This document shows positions 46,381 to 56,932 of a stretch of DNA of 64,000 bases, piece by piece. The position numbers and the translations under genes were made by a program. This stretch comes from a virus (taxonomy: Duplodnaviria; Caudoviricetes). Where the stretch lies: positions 1-64,000 of IMG/VR virus record IMGVR_UViG_2775507207_000001. One strand, given 5' to 3'. The notes beneath the pieces are model-generated. The model saw nothing but the letters and a program-made list of their open reading frames with translations. It made no database searches and was not told the DNA's origin. Position 1 is the first letter of the stretch. Each line of letters starts with the position of its first letter.

Positions 46381-46992
46381 ATGTTCGACGCGCTGTTACG
46401 CATGCAATTGGGACCGATCGTCGAACGCCTGGCCGAGATGGAGTCCCAGCTCGAGGACCTCTACCGCCGCGCCGAGAGCTTCTGCCGGATCGGTATTTGC
46501 CAGCAGGTTGATGCGGCCAGCAACACCTGCAAGGTCAGCCACGGTGACCTGCTCACCCCGGCGATCCGTTTTTTCAACCCCAGTGCCGGAGCACAAACCG
46601 AAACCCGCATTCCCACCGTGGGTGAGCAATGCCTGCTGCTCAACTACGGCGGGGGGGAGGGCGGTGTGCAATCCGTGGCCCTGTTCGGCCTTAACAGTGA
46701 TCGCTTCCCGCCAGTCTCCAGCGTGGCGACGCTGACCCGGCGCCGACATCAAGACGGCACCCAAAGCGACTACGACGACGCCAGCCATACCTTCAACTGG
46801 GTCAACGGCCCGACCACCTTCAGCGGTTCCCGCGAACAGGTTGACGTCAAAGTCGGCGCCGCCAGCCTGACCCTCAGCGCCCAGGGCATCACCCTGCAAG
46901 TCGGTGGCACCAGCCTGTTGCTGGATGCCGGCGGCGCGCACTTCAGCGGCCCGGTGGTGGACCATCAAGGACGCGTCATCAGCCCCCGATAA
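46381..46992 (+). CDS. Baseplate assembly protein V (spike)
   Basis: RIG...PTVGEQCLL. Confidence 0.88.
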   Translation: MFDALLRMQLGPIVERLAEMESQLEDLYRRAESFCRIGICQQVDAASNTCKVSHGDLLTPAIRFFNPSAGAQTETRIPTVGEQCLLLNYGGGEGGVQSVALFGLNSDRFPPVSSVATLTRRRHQDGTQSDYDDASHTFNWVNGPTTFSGSREQVDVKVGAASLTLSAQGITLQVGGTSLLLDAGGAHFSGPVVDHQGRVISPR

Positions 46993-47001
46993 GGACACCC
47001 C

Positions 47002-47334
47002 ATGCTCGGAATCGATAGGAACACCGGGGCGGCCGTCGACGACTGGCTGCAATTTGTGCAGCGCGCCACCCGAGCGCTGACCACCCCTGTGGGCACTCGC
47101 CAGAAGCGCCCGTTGTACGGCTCGCTGATCCCGCAATTGCTCGGCCAAAACCTTGGTGACGACCTGTTGATCCTCGCCCAGAGCCACGCCGCGCAAGCCT
47201 TCTACAACACCCACAACGGCATCGGCGACTTCGACCCTCAGGTCATCGTCGCCACCCGCCAAGGCGCCGGCCTGCTGTTGCGGTTTGCCGGCACCTGGAA
47301 AAACCGCCAACAATCCTTCGAGGTCGTGACATGA
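47002..47334 (+). CDS. Baseplate wedge protein (GPW/gp25-like)
   Basis: MLGIDRNTG...LTTPVGTRQKRPLYGS. Confidence 0.85.
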   Translation: MLGIDRNTGAAVDDWLQFVQRATRALTTPVGTRQKRPLYGSLIPQLLGQNLGDDLLILAQSHAAQAFYNTHNGIGDFDPQVIVATRQGAGLLLRFAGTWKNRQQSFEVVT

Positions 47335-48326
47335 GCATGCTGATCCCCGGCCAGAACCAACTGGCGGAACCGGCCATCATCAAGGTCGATGAGTTCGAAC
47401 CGTTGCTGGCCGAATTCAAAGCGTTTGTCATCGACTACGTCGCCACCCGCGCACCGCAAAGCGCAGCCAAACTCCAGGTCAGCCTCGACAACGAAAGCGA
47501 ACTGCTGACCCTGGCCCTGGAAGCCTTTTGCGTGCGTCTGCAAACCCATGAGCGCAAATACAACGCCCGCATCAAGCAGATGCTGGCGTGGTGGGCCACC
47601 GGCAGCAACCTGGACGCACGCCTGGCCGACATGGGCCTGGAACGCCAAGTACTCGACCCAGGCGACCCAGCCGCGTTCCCGCCGGTGCCGCCCACCTTGG
47701 AAAGCGACGACGACGCCCGCCTGCGTTACTACCTGGCGCCCCACGCCCCAGCGGCGGGCTCGCGCATGCAGTATCGCCGTGAAGTGTTCACCTTGGGCGA
47801 GCGCCCAGCAGTGAAAGTGCAAAGTGCGACGCCCGGTGTGGTCACGGTCACCTACACCTTCGACCCGGACGGTTACGCGGCCCAGGTCAAGGACGGCAAC
47901 GCTCGGCGCACCGCACCGGGTGAAGTCATGGTCACTGTGCTTTCCAGGGAGGGCGACGGCACGCCGTCTGCCGACTTGCTTGACGGTGTACGTCGACATT
48001 TTGCACGGCCGGATGTAAGGCCGGAAACCGATCTTGTCAGCGTTCAAGGCGCACAGATTCAACCTTATAAAATTCGCGTGGTGGCCATGATCAACGCCGG
48101 CCCAGACTCGGGGCTGACCCAAGTGGCGGCGCAGAAACTGCTGCAAGACTACGCAGAGTCCTGCCACCGCCTGGAAGGGCGGGTGGACCCCAGCTGGATC
48201 GACTACGCCATCCACAGTGCTGGCGCTGCGCAACTGCACATCCTCGAACCGCTGGCGCCGATTGTCAGTACCGCGTTCCAGGCCCCGTACTGCACGGGCG
48301 TCGAGGTGGAGGTGCGCACACTATGA
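47331..48326 (+). CDS. Baseplate J protein
   Basis: ATGSNLD, ESDDDARLR, VRPETD. Confidence 0.9.
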   Translation: MSMLIPGQNQLAEPAIIKVDEFEPLLAEFKAFVIDYVATRAPQSAAKLQVSLDNESELLTLALEAFCVRLQTHERKYNARIKQMLAWWATGSNLDARLADMGLERQVLDPGDPAAFPPVPPTLESDDDARLRYYLAPHAPAAGSRMQYRREVFTLGERPAVKVQSATPGVVTVTYTFDPDGYAAQVKDGNARRTAPGEVMVTVLSREGDGTPSADLLDGVRRHFARPDVRPETDLVSVQGAQIQPYKIRVVAMINAGPDSGLTQVAAQKLLQDYAESCHRLEGRVDPSWIDYAIHSAGAAQLHILEPLAPIVSTAFQAPYCTGVEVEVRTL

Positions 48327-48961
48327 GTGAACCCAACGCAAGTTTGCTGCCGGCCAACAGCTCGCCGCTGGAAAAGGCCCTGGACCTGGGTTTCGGCAGA
48401 TTGCTTGAGCGCGTCACCCCGCCGTTTCCGGCGCTGATGAACCCGCTGTACACCCCCAGCGAATTCCTGCCTTACCTGGCCGCCGACCGCGGCGTCAGCG
48501 AATGGGATGCCGAGGCCAGCGAAGCGGAAAAACGCCTGACCGTGGCTTTGTCCTGGCAGATCCAGCGCCAGGCAGGTACGCCCAAGGCGCTGAGCCACGC
48601 GGTGGAATCATTGGGCTTCACGCCCAATATCAGCGCCTGGTACCAGCAACGTCCGCTGGGCGTGCCTTACACCTTCGACGTGCAGGCGATCATCGGGCGC
48701 AGTTGGTCCAGCGGCGACCACAACCGGCTGATTCGCCGCATCAATGCAGCCAAAAGTGAGCGCGATCAGGCGACGATCACCATCGTGCATGAAACCGAAG
48801 GCCAGCTCGCGCTCACGCAAGTGCTCGACGCGCCTTTAAGCGACGGCGAGTTCTACCTGAACGGCGCGTTGCCGGAATTGGCGCTGGTGGCTCGGCTCAA
48901 CAGTGCCGGGGTTGCCCAGCACTACACCATTAACGATTACGACCTCAGGGCGCAGCCATGA
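48323..48961 (+). CDS. Tail protein I
   Basis: LLPANSSPLE, FLPYLA, AGTPKA. Confidence 0.88.
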   Translation: MSEPNASLLPANSSPLEKALDLGFGRLLERVTPPFPALMNPLYTPSEFLPYLAADRGVSEWDAEASEAEKRLTVALSWQIQRQAGTPKALSHAVESLGFTPNISAWYQQRPLGVPYTFDVQAIIGRSWSSGDHNRLIRRINAAKSERDQATITIVHETEGQLALTQVLDAPLSDGEFYLNGALPELALVARLNSAGVAQHYTINDYDLRAQP

Positions 48962-49488
48962 CAGATGAAATCACGCGCCTGGTGCGCTTCACCTCCAAAG
49001 GTTTGGATGAAGTGCTACAGGCAAAGAACCAGGGCCTCAAAGGCGAAATCACCCACATCGGCGCCGGCACCGGCCGCTACAACCCCGACGGCACGGAAGT
49101 GGCCTTGCGTGACGAGCGTCAACGGGTGGCCATCGTCGATTACGAAGACCTGGGCGAACGCCAACTCAGGATGGCCGCGCTATTTGACGGCGACGGCGAG
49201 TATGAGATTGGCGAGTTCGGGTTTTACCTCGCCAGCGGCACCTTGCTGGCGGTGTATTCCGTGGCGGGGAAGTTGCTGACGTATAAAGCGGCGGCGGCGC
49301 GGGTGCTGCAGAAGTTTACGCTGGATGTTTCGCCGTTGCCGGCGGATAGCGTGACGATTGTGGTGGGGAGTGAGAACTTGAATCTGTTGTTGGCGGAGGA
49401 GATCGCGATTATGGCGGCGGCTTCGGTTGGCAATATGTCCCGCCACGTTGATTTGATGTTTCGGGTTATGCAGCTCGAAGCGAAGTAG
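48958..49488 (+). CDS. Tail fibre proximal/collar protein
   Basis: FTSKGL, ITHIGAG, EFGFYLASGTLLAVYS. Confidence 0.8.
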   Translation: MTDEITRLVRFTSKGLDEVLQAKNQGLKGEITHIGAGTGRYNPDGTEVALRDERQRVAIVDYEDLGERQLRMAALFDGDGEYEIGEFGFYLASGTLLAVYSVAGKLLTYKAAAARVLQKFTLDVSPLPADSVTIVVGSENLNLLLAEEIAIMAAASVGNMSRHVDLMFRVMQLEAK

Positions 49489-49532
49489 TAGCACTGACAA
49501 AAGTGCTGGAAAGATTAACTGACAGGGAGTTG

Positions 49533-50318
49533 ATGATGGGACTTGAAACGACTATCACGAAAGTTGTGGACGCATGTAATAAGCTTACGGAAACGGTTAC
49601 CAACCAAATTGGGAAGATTGATGCGCGGGTAGAGGCCGCTTCAAATCAGTTTACTGCTTGGCGTAATAGTGTGCAGGCGAAGGATATTAATGGTCGTGCG
49701 CTTTATAAACAGGATATTGATCTCACTGGGTTGTCTACCGACGTATTTTACCCTGTTTGGTGGACTATGCCCGGTAACGAGGCGGGTGAAACAGAAATTA
49801 CCGTCTCGCGGGTATATTATCGAGACCAGGAAAAAGCGCCCTTTGGTCAAGGGATTTATCACATCGCTGGCTTGAACTTGCAGCTTGAGGGTGTCGGATA
49901 TATATGGAATGGTGATGCTAACTTTCTAGCTATTAAGCGGATCTCCCAAACTTACCGTGAAACGGTGAGAGGTGTTTCGTTTGGTATGATTTGTACAGCG
50001 CGTGCCATTACTGGGCTCAAACCTATGTACTTAGGTTTGGTCGCGGGGCAACAAACGAACGCTCCACAGTTTTCTGGGATGTACCTGAGGGGTGGGCTGA
50101 GCTATACCATCACTAAAACGTTTGATTATCCTGTTAACTACAGCAAGTTAGATACTGAAGTGATTATGAAGGATGACGTTAACGCTGATTGGGAAGTTCG
50201 TTGGGCGGTGAAACCTTATAGCTTGACTCAGGCTGACGCTGTGCTCGGCAAAGCCTTTGAAGAGAAGCGCCTGGCCTATTCCCACGATAACGACGCTCGC
50301 TATACCGCCAAGGTTTAA
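49533..50318 (+). CDS. Putative tail fibre / receptor-binding protein
   Basis: N-terminal coiled coil, FYPVWW, YLRGG; lower GC. Confidence 0.7.
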   Translation: MMGLETTITKVVDACNKLTETVTNQIGKIDARVEAASNQFTAWRNSVQAKDINGRALYKQDIDLTGLSTDVFYPVWWTMPGNEAGETEITVSRVYYRDQEKAPFGQGIYHIAGLNLQLEGVGYIWNGDANFLAIKRISQTYRETVRGVSFGMICTARAITGLKPMYLGLVAGQQTNAPQFSGMYLRGGLSYTITKTFDYPVNYSKLDTEVIMKDDVNADWEVRWAVKPYSLTQADAVLGKAFEEKRLAYSHDNDARYTAKV

Positions 50319-50329
50319 GGACTGATCAA

Positions 50330-50632
50330 ATGACTTTGTTTATCGGAAAGTTGGTAACTCCTGCGGGCGACTCGTTGATCAACGTACCCGCCAGCCCGCA
50401 GACCCTCAAAGGTCTGGGCTTTAGCGATGAGGCCGCTCAGACGCTGATCGAGAACGCCGCGGCCGCAGCCGCACTCGCTAGCACTATTGCTGCCCGCCGT
50501 TCTGCCTATGTCAGCGAAGCTGACCCGATGTACCTCGAATGGCAATTCGACGGTACGGCTGAGAAGGAAAAAGAATGGCGAGCCAAAGTAGCCGAAATCA
50601 AGGCGCGCTACCCTTTGCCAGAAGAAAAGTAA
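50330..50632 (+). CDS. Tail fibre assembly chaperone
   Basis: RRSAY..EADPMYLEW...WRAKVAEIKARYPLP. Confidence 0.7.
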   Translation: MTLFIGKLVTPAGDSLINVPASPQTLKGLGFSDEAAQTLIENAAAAAALASTIAARRSAYVSEADPMYLEWQFDGTAEKEKEWRAKVAEIKARYPLPEEK

Positions 50633-50719
50633 CCCCCACCGCGAAAGCGGTTTTTTTTCGCCTCCCCAAAGCCCCTCCCCGCAGGGGCTTTTGCATTTTC
50701 CACCCGGAGATTTCCACCC

Positions 50720-50893
50720 ATGCCCACCCGCCAAACCTACACCGTCCTCATCCCATTCCCCATCGGCAACGGCCATTGGTCCACCGCCGGCGAGGAGCTG
50801 GAACTGCTCGACGTCGAAGCATCCGCCCTGCGCACCGCTGGCCGCCTGGAACTGACCAGCGTCCTCAACTCCACCCCCAAGAAGGCTGAATAA
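50720..50893 (+). CDS. Small hypothetical protein (57 aa)
   Basis: GGAGA RBS; MPTRQTYTVLIPFP...KKAE ends 2 nt before the sheath start. Confidence 0.65.
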   Translation: MPTRQTYTVLIPFPIGNGHWSTAGEELELLDVEASALRTAGRLELTSVLNSTPKKAE

Positions 50894-50895
50894 CC

Positions 50896-52062
50896 ATGGC
50901 AGAAGTCCTGAACTTCGAGCACAACGGCATCACTGTGAATGCCACTGAATCCCCCGAGGCCATGGGTGGCCTTGGCGATAACGTCATCGGCCTGGTCGGC
51001 ACTGCACCGAATGCCCATGCGTCGATCCCGAAAAACGCGCCGTTTCGCATCAACAGCTTCACCACCCAGGCGCTGCTGGACCCTACCGGCACCGAGTCGG
51101 GCACCTTGTTCCAGGCGGTGTACCAGATCCTCAAAGTGGTCAAGGTGCCGGTCTATGTCGTGATCGTCGAAGAGGGCGCTACCCCGGCCGACACGATCAA
51201 CAATGTGATCGGCGGCAACGACCCGGTCACCGGCCGAAAACTGGGCCTGGCGGCCCTGAGCAGCGTGCCAGAAGACCTGACCATCATCGGCGCTCCAGGC
51301 TTTACCGGCACCAAGGCTGTGGCCGGTGAGTTCGCCTCCTTCGGCAAACGCATCAAGGCCCGTGTGGTGCTCGATGGCAAAGACGCTTCCGTTGCCGACC
51401 AAGTGACCTACAGCGGCGAACTGGGCGGGGCCGACCTGGGCTTCGACCGTTGCCTGCTGGTGCACAACATGCCGTCGGTGTACTCCAAGGCCGCGAAGAA
51501 GAACGTGTTCCTGTCGCCATCCTCGCTGGCCATCGCCGCACTGGCCAAGGTCAAGCAGTGGGAAAGCCCGGGTAATCAGGTGACCTTCGCCGAGGACGTT
51601 TCCCGCGTGGTCGAGTACAACATCCTCGACACCTCCACCGAAGGCGACCTGCTCAACCGCTATGGCGTGAGCTACTACGCCCGCACCATCCTCGGCGGCT
51701 TCTCGCTGCTCGGTAACCGCTCCATCACCGGCAAGTTCATCAGCTACGTCGGCCTGGAAGATGCCATCAGCCGCAAGCTGGTCAAGGCCGGCCAGAAAGC
51801 CATGGCCAAGAACCTCACCAAGTCCTTCATGGACCAAGAGGTCAAGCGCATCAACGACTGGCTGCAAACCCTGGTGGCCGACGAAACCATCCCCGGCGGC
51901 AGCGTGTATCTGCACCCAGAACTGAACAGCGTCGAGAAGTACAAGAACGGCACCTGGTTCATCGTCATCGACTACGGCCGCTACGCGCCGAACGAACACA
52001 TGGTTTATCAACTCAACGCCCGCGATGAAATCATCGAGCAGTTCCTGGAGGACGTTCTCTAA
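50896..52062 (+). CDS. Tailocin sheath protein
   Basis: VIGLVGTAP, IIGAPGF, ESPGNQ, LLGNR. Confidence 0.9.
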   Translation: MAEVLNFEHNGITVNATESPEAMGGLGDNVIGLVGTAPNAHASIPKNAPFRINSFTTQALLDPTGTESGTLFQAVYQILKVVKVPVYVVIVEEGATPADTINNVIGGNDPVTGRKLGLAALSSVPEDLTIIGAPGFTGTKAVAGEFASFGKRIKARVVLDGKDASVADQVTYSGELGGADLGFDRCLLVHNMPSVYSKAAKKNVFLSPSSLAIAALAKVKQWESPGNQVTFAEDVSRVVEYNILDTSTEGDLLNRYGVSYYARTILGGFSLLGNRSITGKFISYVGLEDAISRKLVKAGQKAMAKNLTKSFMDQEVKRINDWLQTLVADETIPGGSVYLHPELNSVEKYKNGTWFIVIDYGRYAPNEHMVYQLNARDEIIEQFLEDVL

Positions 52063-52568
52063 TGTTTACCAACCGAGTCAGACAGGCCATTGCGGCCACC
52101 CTTCAAGGCCTGCCGTTGTCCGCAACCGTGGAAGAGTTCACCCCGCCGAAGATCGAGTTCGACATGGAGCCCATGTCCGGCGGGCGCTTTATCGCCGAGG
52201 AAATGGCCAAGAGCGGCAAGGTGCTCAATGCCAAGCTGGTGCTGCAAGGTGCCGGCCCGGAAATCATGCTGGCTCTGGGCGTGCGCATGGGCGACGACAT
52301 TTTGCTGAACGTGCGTGAAGCCGGCCAAGACCAGGACGGCAAGACCTACTTCACCTACCACACCGTGGGCGGCAAGCTCAAATCCCTGGAGGAGGCGAAG
52401 CTGAAAATGGGCGACAAGGCCACCACCACGCTGGAGCTGTCCTGCCGCACCTACAACCGTCTGGAAAATGGCATTTCGGTGATCGACATCGATGTGCGCA
52501 CCCAGAAGTTCGTGCTCAACGGCGTCGACATTCTGGGCGATGCGCGCCGCGCCGTGCTGATGCCTTAA
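52062..52568 (+). CDS. Tailocin tube protein
   Basis: FTPPKIE, GGRF, NGVDIL. Confidence 0.88.
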   Translation: MFTNRVRQAIAATLQGLPLSATVEEFTPPKIEFDMEPMSGGRFIAEEMAKSGKVLNAKLVLQGAGPEIMLALGVRMGDDILLNVREAGQDQDGKTYFTYHTVGGKLKSLEEAKLKMGDKATTTLELSCRTYNRLENGISVIDIDVRTQKFVLNGVDILGDARRAVLMP

Positions 52569-52588
52569 GGGCCGGCGCAATCTGAAGC

Positions 52589-52700
52589 GAGCACGGTCAA
52601 GGTGGGAGCTGGCTTGCCTGCGATGCAGGCGACTCGGTATCCCTGGAGCATCGAGTGGATGCCATCGCAGGCAAGCCAGCTCCCACAGGGGCCGTGCTCA
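52589..52700. repeat. REPIN (inverted REP doublet)
   Basis: GTGGGAGCTGGCTTGCCTGCGATG ... CATCGCAGGCAAGCCAGCTCCCAC with extended flanking complementarity. Confidence 0.88.
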
Positions 52701-52749
52701 GGTTTAGATTTTTTGCACTTTTCAACACCGCTCAACAAGGAATTGCCCC

Positions 52750-53322
52750 ATGGCCTGGATGCCTCCGTTGCACATCCTGCTGTCCCCGATCACCGCCGAT
52801 ACCGGTGCAATGATCGAGCAGGTTCAACTCAAGCCGTTGTTCTACGCCGCGCAGAAAGACGCGCTGGCCCGGGCCGGTGATGACGAGGACGACCAGTTCT
52901 TCGAACTGGCGAAACTCGCCACCGGCCTGTCGGAAAAAGAGCTCGACCAACTCAAGCGCCCGGACTACGTGAGCATTGCTCAGTACGTACACGAAATGTC
53001 GACCCGGCCAGCGTCGTTCTTCCTGAAGGCACAAGACGTGACGCCCCACGACCAACCCGTCCCTCTGCTCTTGCCCTTGGAAGCCGCTGGCCGAACCTTC
53101 ACCGAACTGCCCCTGGAAATGCCCGCCCTGCGCGCTACCAAGGTGATGAAGAAACTCGCCACCAACAAAGAGCGCGCCGAGTTCATCACGGCCCATTGCA
53201 CCGGCCTGATGATCCCCGACCTGGCCGGTTTGACCGTGCCCGACTGGACGGAACTGCAGGAGCGTATCGACGATTTTTTAAATCAACCGGCGGCCTTCTT
53301 TCGCAGCGCGACATCGAAGTAA
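52750..53322 (+). CDS. Tail assembly chaperone; -1 frameshift extension to 53444
   Basis: T TTT TTA at 53274-53280; -1 frame reads ...IEVILDVVPLIYSVNEAEILDWD...KQE. Confidence 0.85.
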   Translation: MAWMPPLHILLSPITADTGAMIEQVQLKPLFYAAQKDALARAGDDEDDQFFELAKLATGLSEKELDQLKRPDYVSIAQYVHEMSTRPASFFLKAQDVTPHDQPVPLLLPLEAAGRTFTELPLEMPALRATKVMKKLATNKERAEFITAHCTGLMIPDLAGLTVPDWTELQERIDDFLNQPAAFFRSATSK

Positions 53323-53449
53323 TCCTCGATGTGGTGCCGCTGATCTACTCGGTCAATGAGGCGGAGATCCTCGACTGGGACGCCGGAAAAGCATTGCGCC
53401 GCTACGACATCGCGATCACTCGCCTTGGCGTCAAACAGGAGTAAGCGGG

Positions 53450-55279
53450 ATGCAGGACAATTATTCGCTCGCCTATGCCGTCGCCAGGAATGGCCGGGAT
53501 GCGTTCGGCAGTACAGGCGGCGCACGTGACGCCGATATCCTTAGCCCTGGCGCGTTGTCGGTTGGCAGCTCTACCCCGTCAACAGATTTGGCTGACTTGT
53601 CCGGAACCGTTGCCGCACTCACCAACGCAACGCTCAAACTTGATGAGCTCGCACTGTCGCTCGGCTCATTGCGTGAGGGTGTGGATTCTCTCGACACGGC
53701 GCTGTCGTCGCTGAGGGCCATTGAGGTGCGTTCACCCAAGCTGGGTGAGCAGGCAGAATCGAAGAGGGTGTCTGAATCCGCCTCGACTACCTCAGAGAAT
53801 TTGCGCCATACCCGCGAGGCCATGACGCTGGGCACCGCGCAAATAATCGACCTGGCAAGTGCGCTGCAGCATTCAGGCAGCCAACTGAAGTTTGATAAAA
53901 CCGCAACGTCGGAAAAGTCGATCAAGGTGCTGCGCGAGGAGTCCAGCGAAAGCGGCAAACGTTTCTCTACGACCCTGGATGCCACGCCGGTATTGGGCGA
54001 AGCGCTTTGGCTGAAAGCCAAGGCGGGCCTGATGGACAGCGCCAGTGACGTGGCTAAAGATTCACCGGCTCTGGCTGGCGCGATTAAAACGGCTGGAGCC
54101 ATTACGCCGGTGTTTTCCAGCTTTTTTTCAAGTGTGGGAGACACGATAAAAACCCGCGTTGCTGGCAACGTGGTTGATGCGACGCTGGGTAAGCTTCCCG
54201 GTGTTGGCAAGCTGTTCAAGGATGGCGGTTCTGCGAAAGATAAATCGTGCTGTTGTGCGACGGCCACTCAGCACCCCATCGAAAGTCCTCGTTCGCGCTC
54301 GCAGGGCTCGCGCGGGAAAAAGAGCCCTCGTCAGTCGAAGTCGCAAAAAAAGCAGAGCGTTCAAAACACTCAGCGCGCGCAGATCAGGCAGCAAAAACAG
54401 CCGCTAGTGCCCAAGACAGCCTCGACCAAACGATCGCCTGCCAGCAAAAAAGGCGGTGTATTTTCGAGGCTGCTAACCAGCCTCGAACGTGATGCAAAGG
54501 CATTGTTACCTGCGCCGTTCTTAGGCTTCGATGCGGGGCGGACGGCTCAAAGGTTGCAACCGCGTGCGGTCGTGGCGAACCGTCCAAGCAAGAGCAGGTC
54601 TTCAGGCCAGTCGACAGCGAGCAGAGGCCCTGGGTTGATCGAGGCAGTAGAGCGCAAGCTTATCCCCTTGCCTTCCGAAGGCCGGGTAACTGCTGCTGCG
54701 CCCCATACTCTCCATTTCAGTCGTGAGGCTTTGCCTGGCCCGCTGAAGATGCCTTCCAACCCGCTGGGAACAGTGAGCAAATTGGGAGTGGCCGGTGCTC
54801 GCCGCCTTGGCCCGATGAGGTACGCCGACACTGCTTTTGATGTGATTCAGGGCGTACGCAACGGGGATGTCAAGGCGGTCGGGACTGGCCTGAGCAGCGC
54901 CGGTGGCGCCTGGGCTGGAGCGTCCGCCGGTGCCGCGCTCGGTACCCTGGTTTTCCCCGGTGTCGGCACCGCAATCGGCGGCGCCATCGGTGGCCTGCTG
55001 GGCAGCGAGGCGGGCAGCTGGCTGGGTGACAAGGTGTTTGGCGCAAATGATCGCCTACCTGCGCCCAACGCGCTGAGCAAGGAACTCAACAGTGCCCGTA
55101 CCGACAATGTCCAGGTCACGCTCTCACCGAGTATCCAGATTACCGGCGTTAACCCGGCGGATGCCCAGCAAGTGGTCAATCAAGTGATCCAGGCCCTGCA
55201 GTTCCAATGCGTGCCGATGGTCACCGATTCCCTGGGCATTCGACGCAACGCGGCATTGGCCGATCCAGGAGGTGATTGA
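53450..55279 (+). CDS. R-type tailocin tape measure protein (divergent)
   Basis: Position after chaperone; C-terminal glycine zipper AGAALG...GGAIGG. Confidence 0.8.
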   Translation: MQDNYSLAYAVARNGRDAFGSTGGARDADILSPGALSVGSSTPSTDLADLSGTVAALTNATLKLDELALSLGSLREGVDSLDTALSSLRAIEVRSPKLGEQAESKRVSESASTTSENLRHTREAMTLGTAQIIDLASALQHSGSQLKFDKTATSEKSIKVLREESSESGKRFSTTLDATPVLGEALWLKAKAGLMDSASDVAKDSPALAGAIKTAGAITPVFSSFFSSVGDTIKTRVAGNVVDATLGKLPGVGKLFKDGGSAKDKSCCCATATQHPIESPRSRSQGSRGKKSPRQSKSQKKQSVQNTQRAQIRQQKQPLVPKTASTKRSPASKKGGVFSRLLTSLERDAKALLPAPFLGFDAGRTAQRLQPRAVVANRPSKSRSSGQSTASRGPGLIEAVERKLIPLPSEGRVTAAAPHTLHFSREALPGPLKMPSNPLGTVSKLGVAGARRLGPMRYADTAFDVIQGVRNGDVKAVGTGLSSAGGAWAGASAGAALGTLVFPGVGTAIGGAIGGLLGSEAGSWLGDKVFGANDRLPAPNALSKELNSARTDNVQVTLSPSIQITGVNPADAQQVVNQVIQALQFQCVPMVTDSLGIRRNAALADPGGD

Positions 55280-55662
55280 TGCGACAACAAATGGTACTGG
55301 GCGACTTTATTTTTGGTTTATCCCGAGGGTTCGCCTATTCAACACTGACCCGCAACAGCGATGGTGGCTGGAGCGACCTGGCGATTATCGCCAGCAAACC
55401 CCAGTCGCGGCAGAACGGCCAGAAGCTGGAAAAACTCACGTTCAGCGGTACAGCCATGCGCGCTATCGGCATGCAGCGCCTGGACCAATTGCGCGCTCTG
55501 CAAAATGCGCGAGCGCCTTTGCCGCTGGTGGATGGCATCGGCCGCAACTGGGGCCTGTGGCGTATCAATTCGGTAGTGGAAGCCCAAAGCAATGTGATCG
55601 ATGACGGCACCGCCATGGTCATGAATTGGACCCTTGAGCTGGAGGAATTCGTCAATGCGTAG
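55279..55662 (+). CDS. GpU-like tail protein
   Basis: MVLGDFIF, LVDGIGRNWGLW. Confidence 0.85.
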   Translation: MRQQMVLGDFIFGLSRGFAYSTLTRNSDGGWSDLAIIASKPQSRQNGQKLEKLTFSGTAMRAIGMQRLDQLRALQNARAPLPLVDGIGRNWGLWRINSVVEAQSNVIDDGTAMVMNWTLELEEFVNA

Positions 55663-55867
55663 AGTGCGAAGTATTGCCGGTGACTCGGTCAACCTGTTGC
55701 TCTACCGCGAGTTGGGCCGTTGCGATGACGCCGCCGAAGAAACCCTTTGGCGCTTGAACCCCGAACTCGGCGAATACGGCCCGGTACTGCCAGCCGGTGT
55801 CTGGGTGATCGTGCCTGAGATACAAGCACGACCGGCCGCCATGCGGCCCGTTCTGGCCTGGGATTGA
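55655..55867 (+). CDS. Tail protein X
   Basis: GDSVNLL, LNPEL, LPAG, final WD. Confidence 0.85.
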   Translation: MRRVRSIAGDSVNLLLYRELGRCDDAAEETLWRLNPELGEYGPVLPAGVWVIVPEIQARPAAMRPVLAWD

Positions 55868-55876
55868 GGAGGCTGC

Positions 55877-56887
55877 ATGGCACAGGAATTTACGCCGATC
55901 GTGGAGTTCTACGGCGCCAACGCGGCGCTGCTCAATCAACGCCTGATGCACTGGAGCCACACCGACGCTGCAGGCATCGAGACCGATCGACTGGAACTGA
56001 CCCTTAATATCGAAGGGTTGGAAGGCTTGCCCAGCCTCAGTGGCAAGATCGGCCTGCGCGTCGGCTATCAGGAAACGGGGCTGGTGGAAAAAGGCGAGTT
56101 TGTGGTCACCCAGCGAACCCCGGTGCTGTTTCCGATGCGCCTGATGATCGTCGCCACCGCCGCGCCCTTCAGCGTGGTGGATAAAAGCGGCTACCGCCAG
56201 CGCCGTTCCGCCAGCCATGGGCCGACCACCTTGGGCGCCTTGTTTCGCCAACTGGTCAGCCGTCATGGTTTTTCACCGCGTGTGGCACCGACGTTGGACG
56301 GTATTGCGATTGAGCATATCGATCAGTCAAACGAAAGCGACATGGCCTTCATCACCCGCCTGGCCAAGCGTTACAACGCGGTCACCAAGCCGTTCAACGA
56401 GCTTTATGTGCTGGCCGAAGCGGGGCAGGCCAAATCACTCACCGGCCAGCTATTGCCCGAAGTGAAGTTATCCGTGACACGCGACAACCGCCCGGGAGAG
56501 CAGGCCTTTATCACCGCCAAACTTGATGAAAAATCACGCTCCAAATACATGGGCAGCCGCGTCAGCTGGTGGGACGCCGCCGCCGGCAAGCAGCGGGTGG
56601 TCCAGGTCGGGATCGCCCCGTTCAAGACCTTGCGCCAGCCCTGCCAGAACGAAGCCGAAGCCCGCGCCGTGGCCGAAGGCGAACTGCGCCGCGTGGGCCG
56701 TGAAGGCTTGAAGTTACAGATTGATTGCCCAGGCAACCCGTTGCTGGCGGCCGAAGGGTTGCTGGTGCTGGATGACACCTGGCCTGTGTACATGCAGGGG
56801 CGCTGGTCGATCACCAAGGTGACCCACGTTGGGGACCCTGCGACGGGATATCGCAGTTCGATCCTGGCCGGTGGCTTGGCGTCGTGA
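55877..56887 (+). CDS. Late control D / hub protein
   Basis: DQSNESDMAFITRLA. Confidence 0.88.
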   Translation: MAQEFTPIVEFYGANAALLNQRLMHWSHTDAAGIETDRLELTLNIEGLEGLPSLSGKIGLRVGYQETGLVEKGEFVVTQRTPVLFPMRLMIVATAAPFSVVDKSGYRQRRSASHGPTTLGALFRQLVSRHGFSPRVAPTLDGIAIEHIDQSNESDMAFITRLAKRYNAVTKPFNELYVLAEAGQAKSLTGQLLPEVKLSVTRDNRPGEQAFITAKLDEKSRSKYMGSRVSWWDAAAGKQRVVQVGIAPFKTLRQPCQNEAEARAVAEGELRRVGREGLKLQIDCPGNPLLAAEGLLVLDDTWPVYMQGRWSITKVTHVGDPATGYRSSILAGGLAS

Positions 56888-56932
56888 TCACCACCGCTGC
56901 ACGTTCACCACTGACTCGCTACAGGAACCAGG

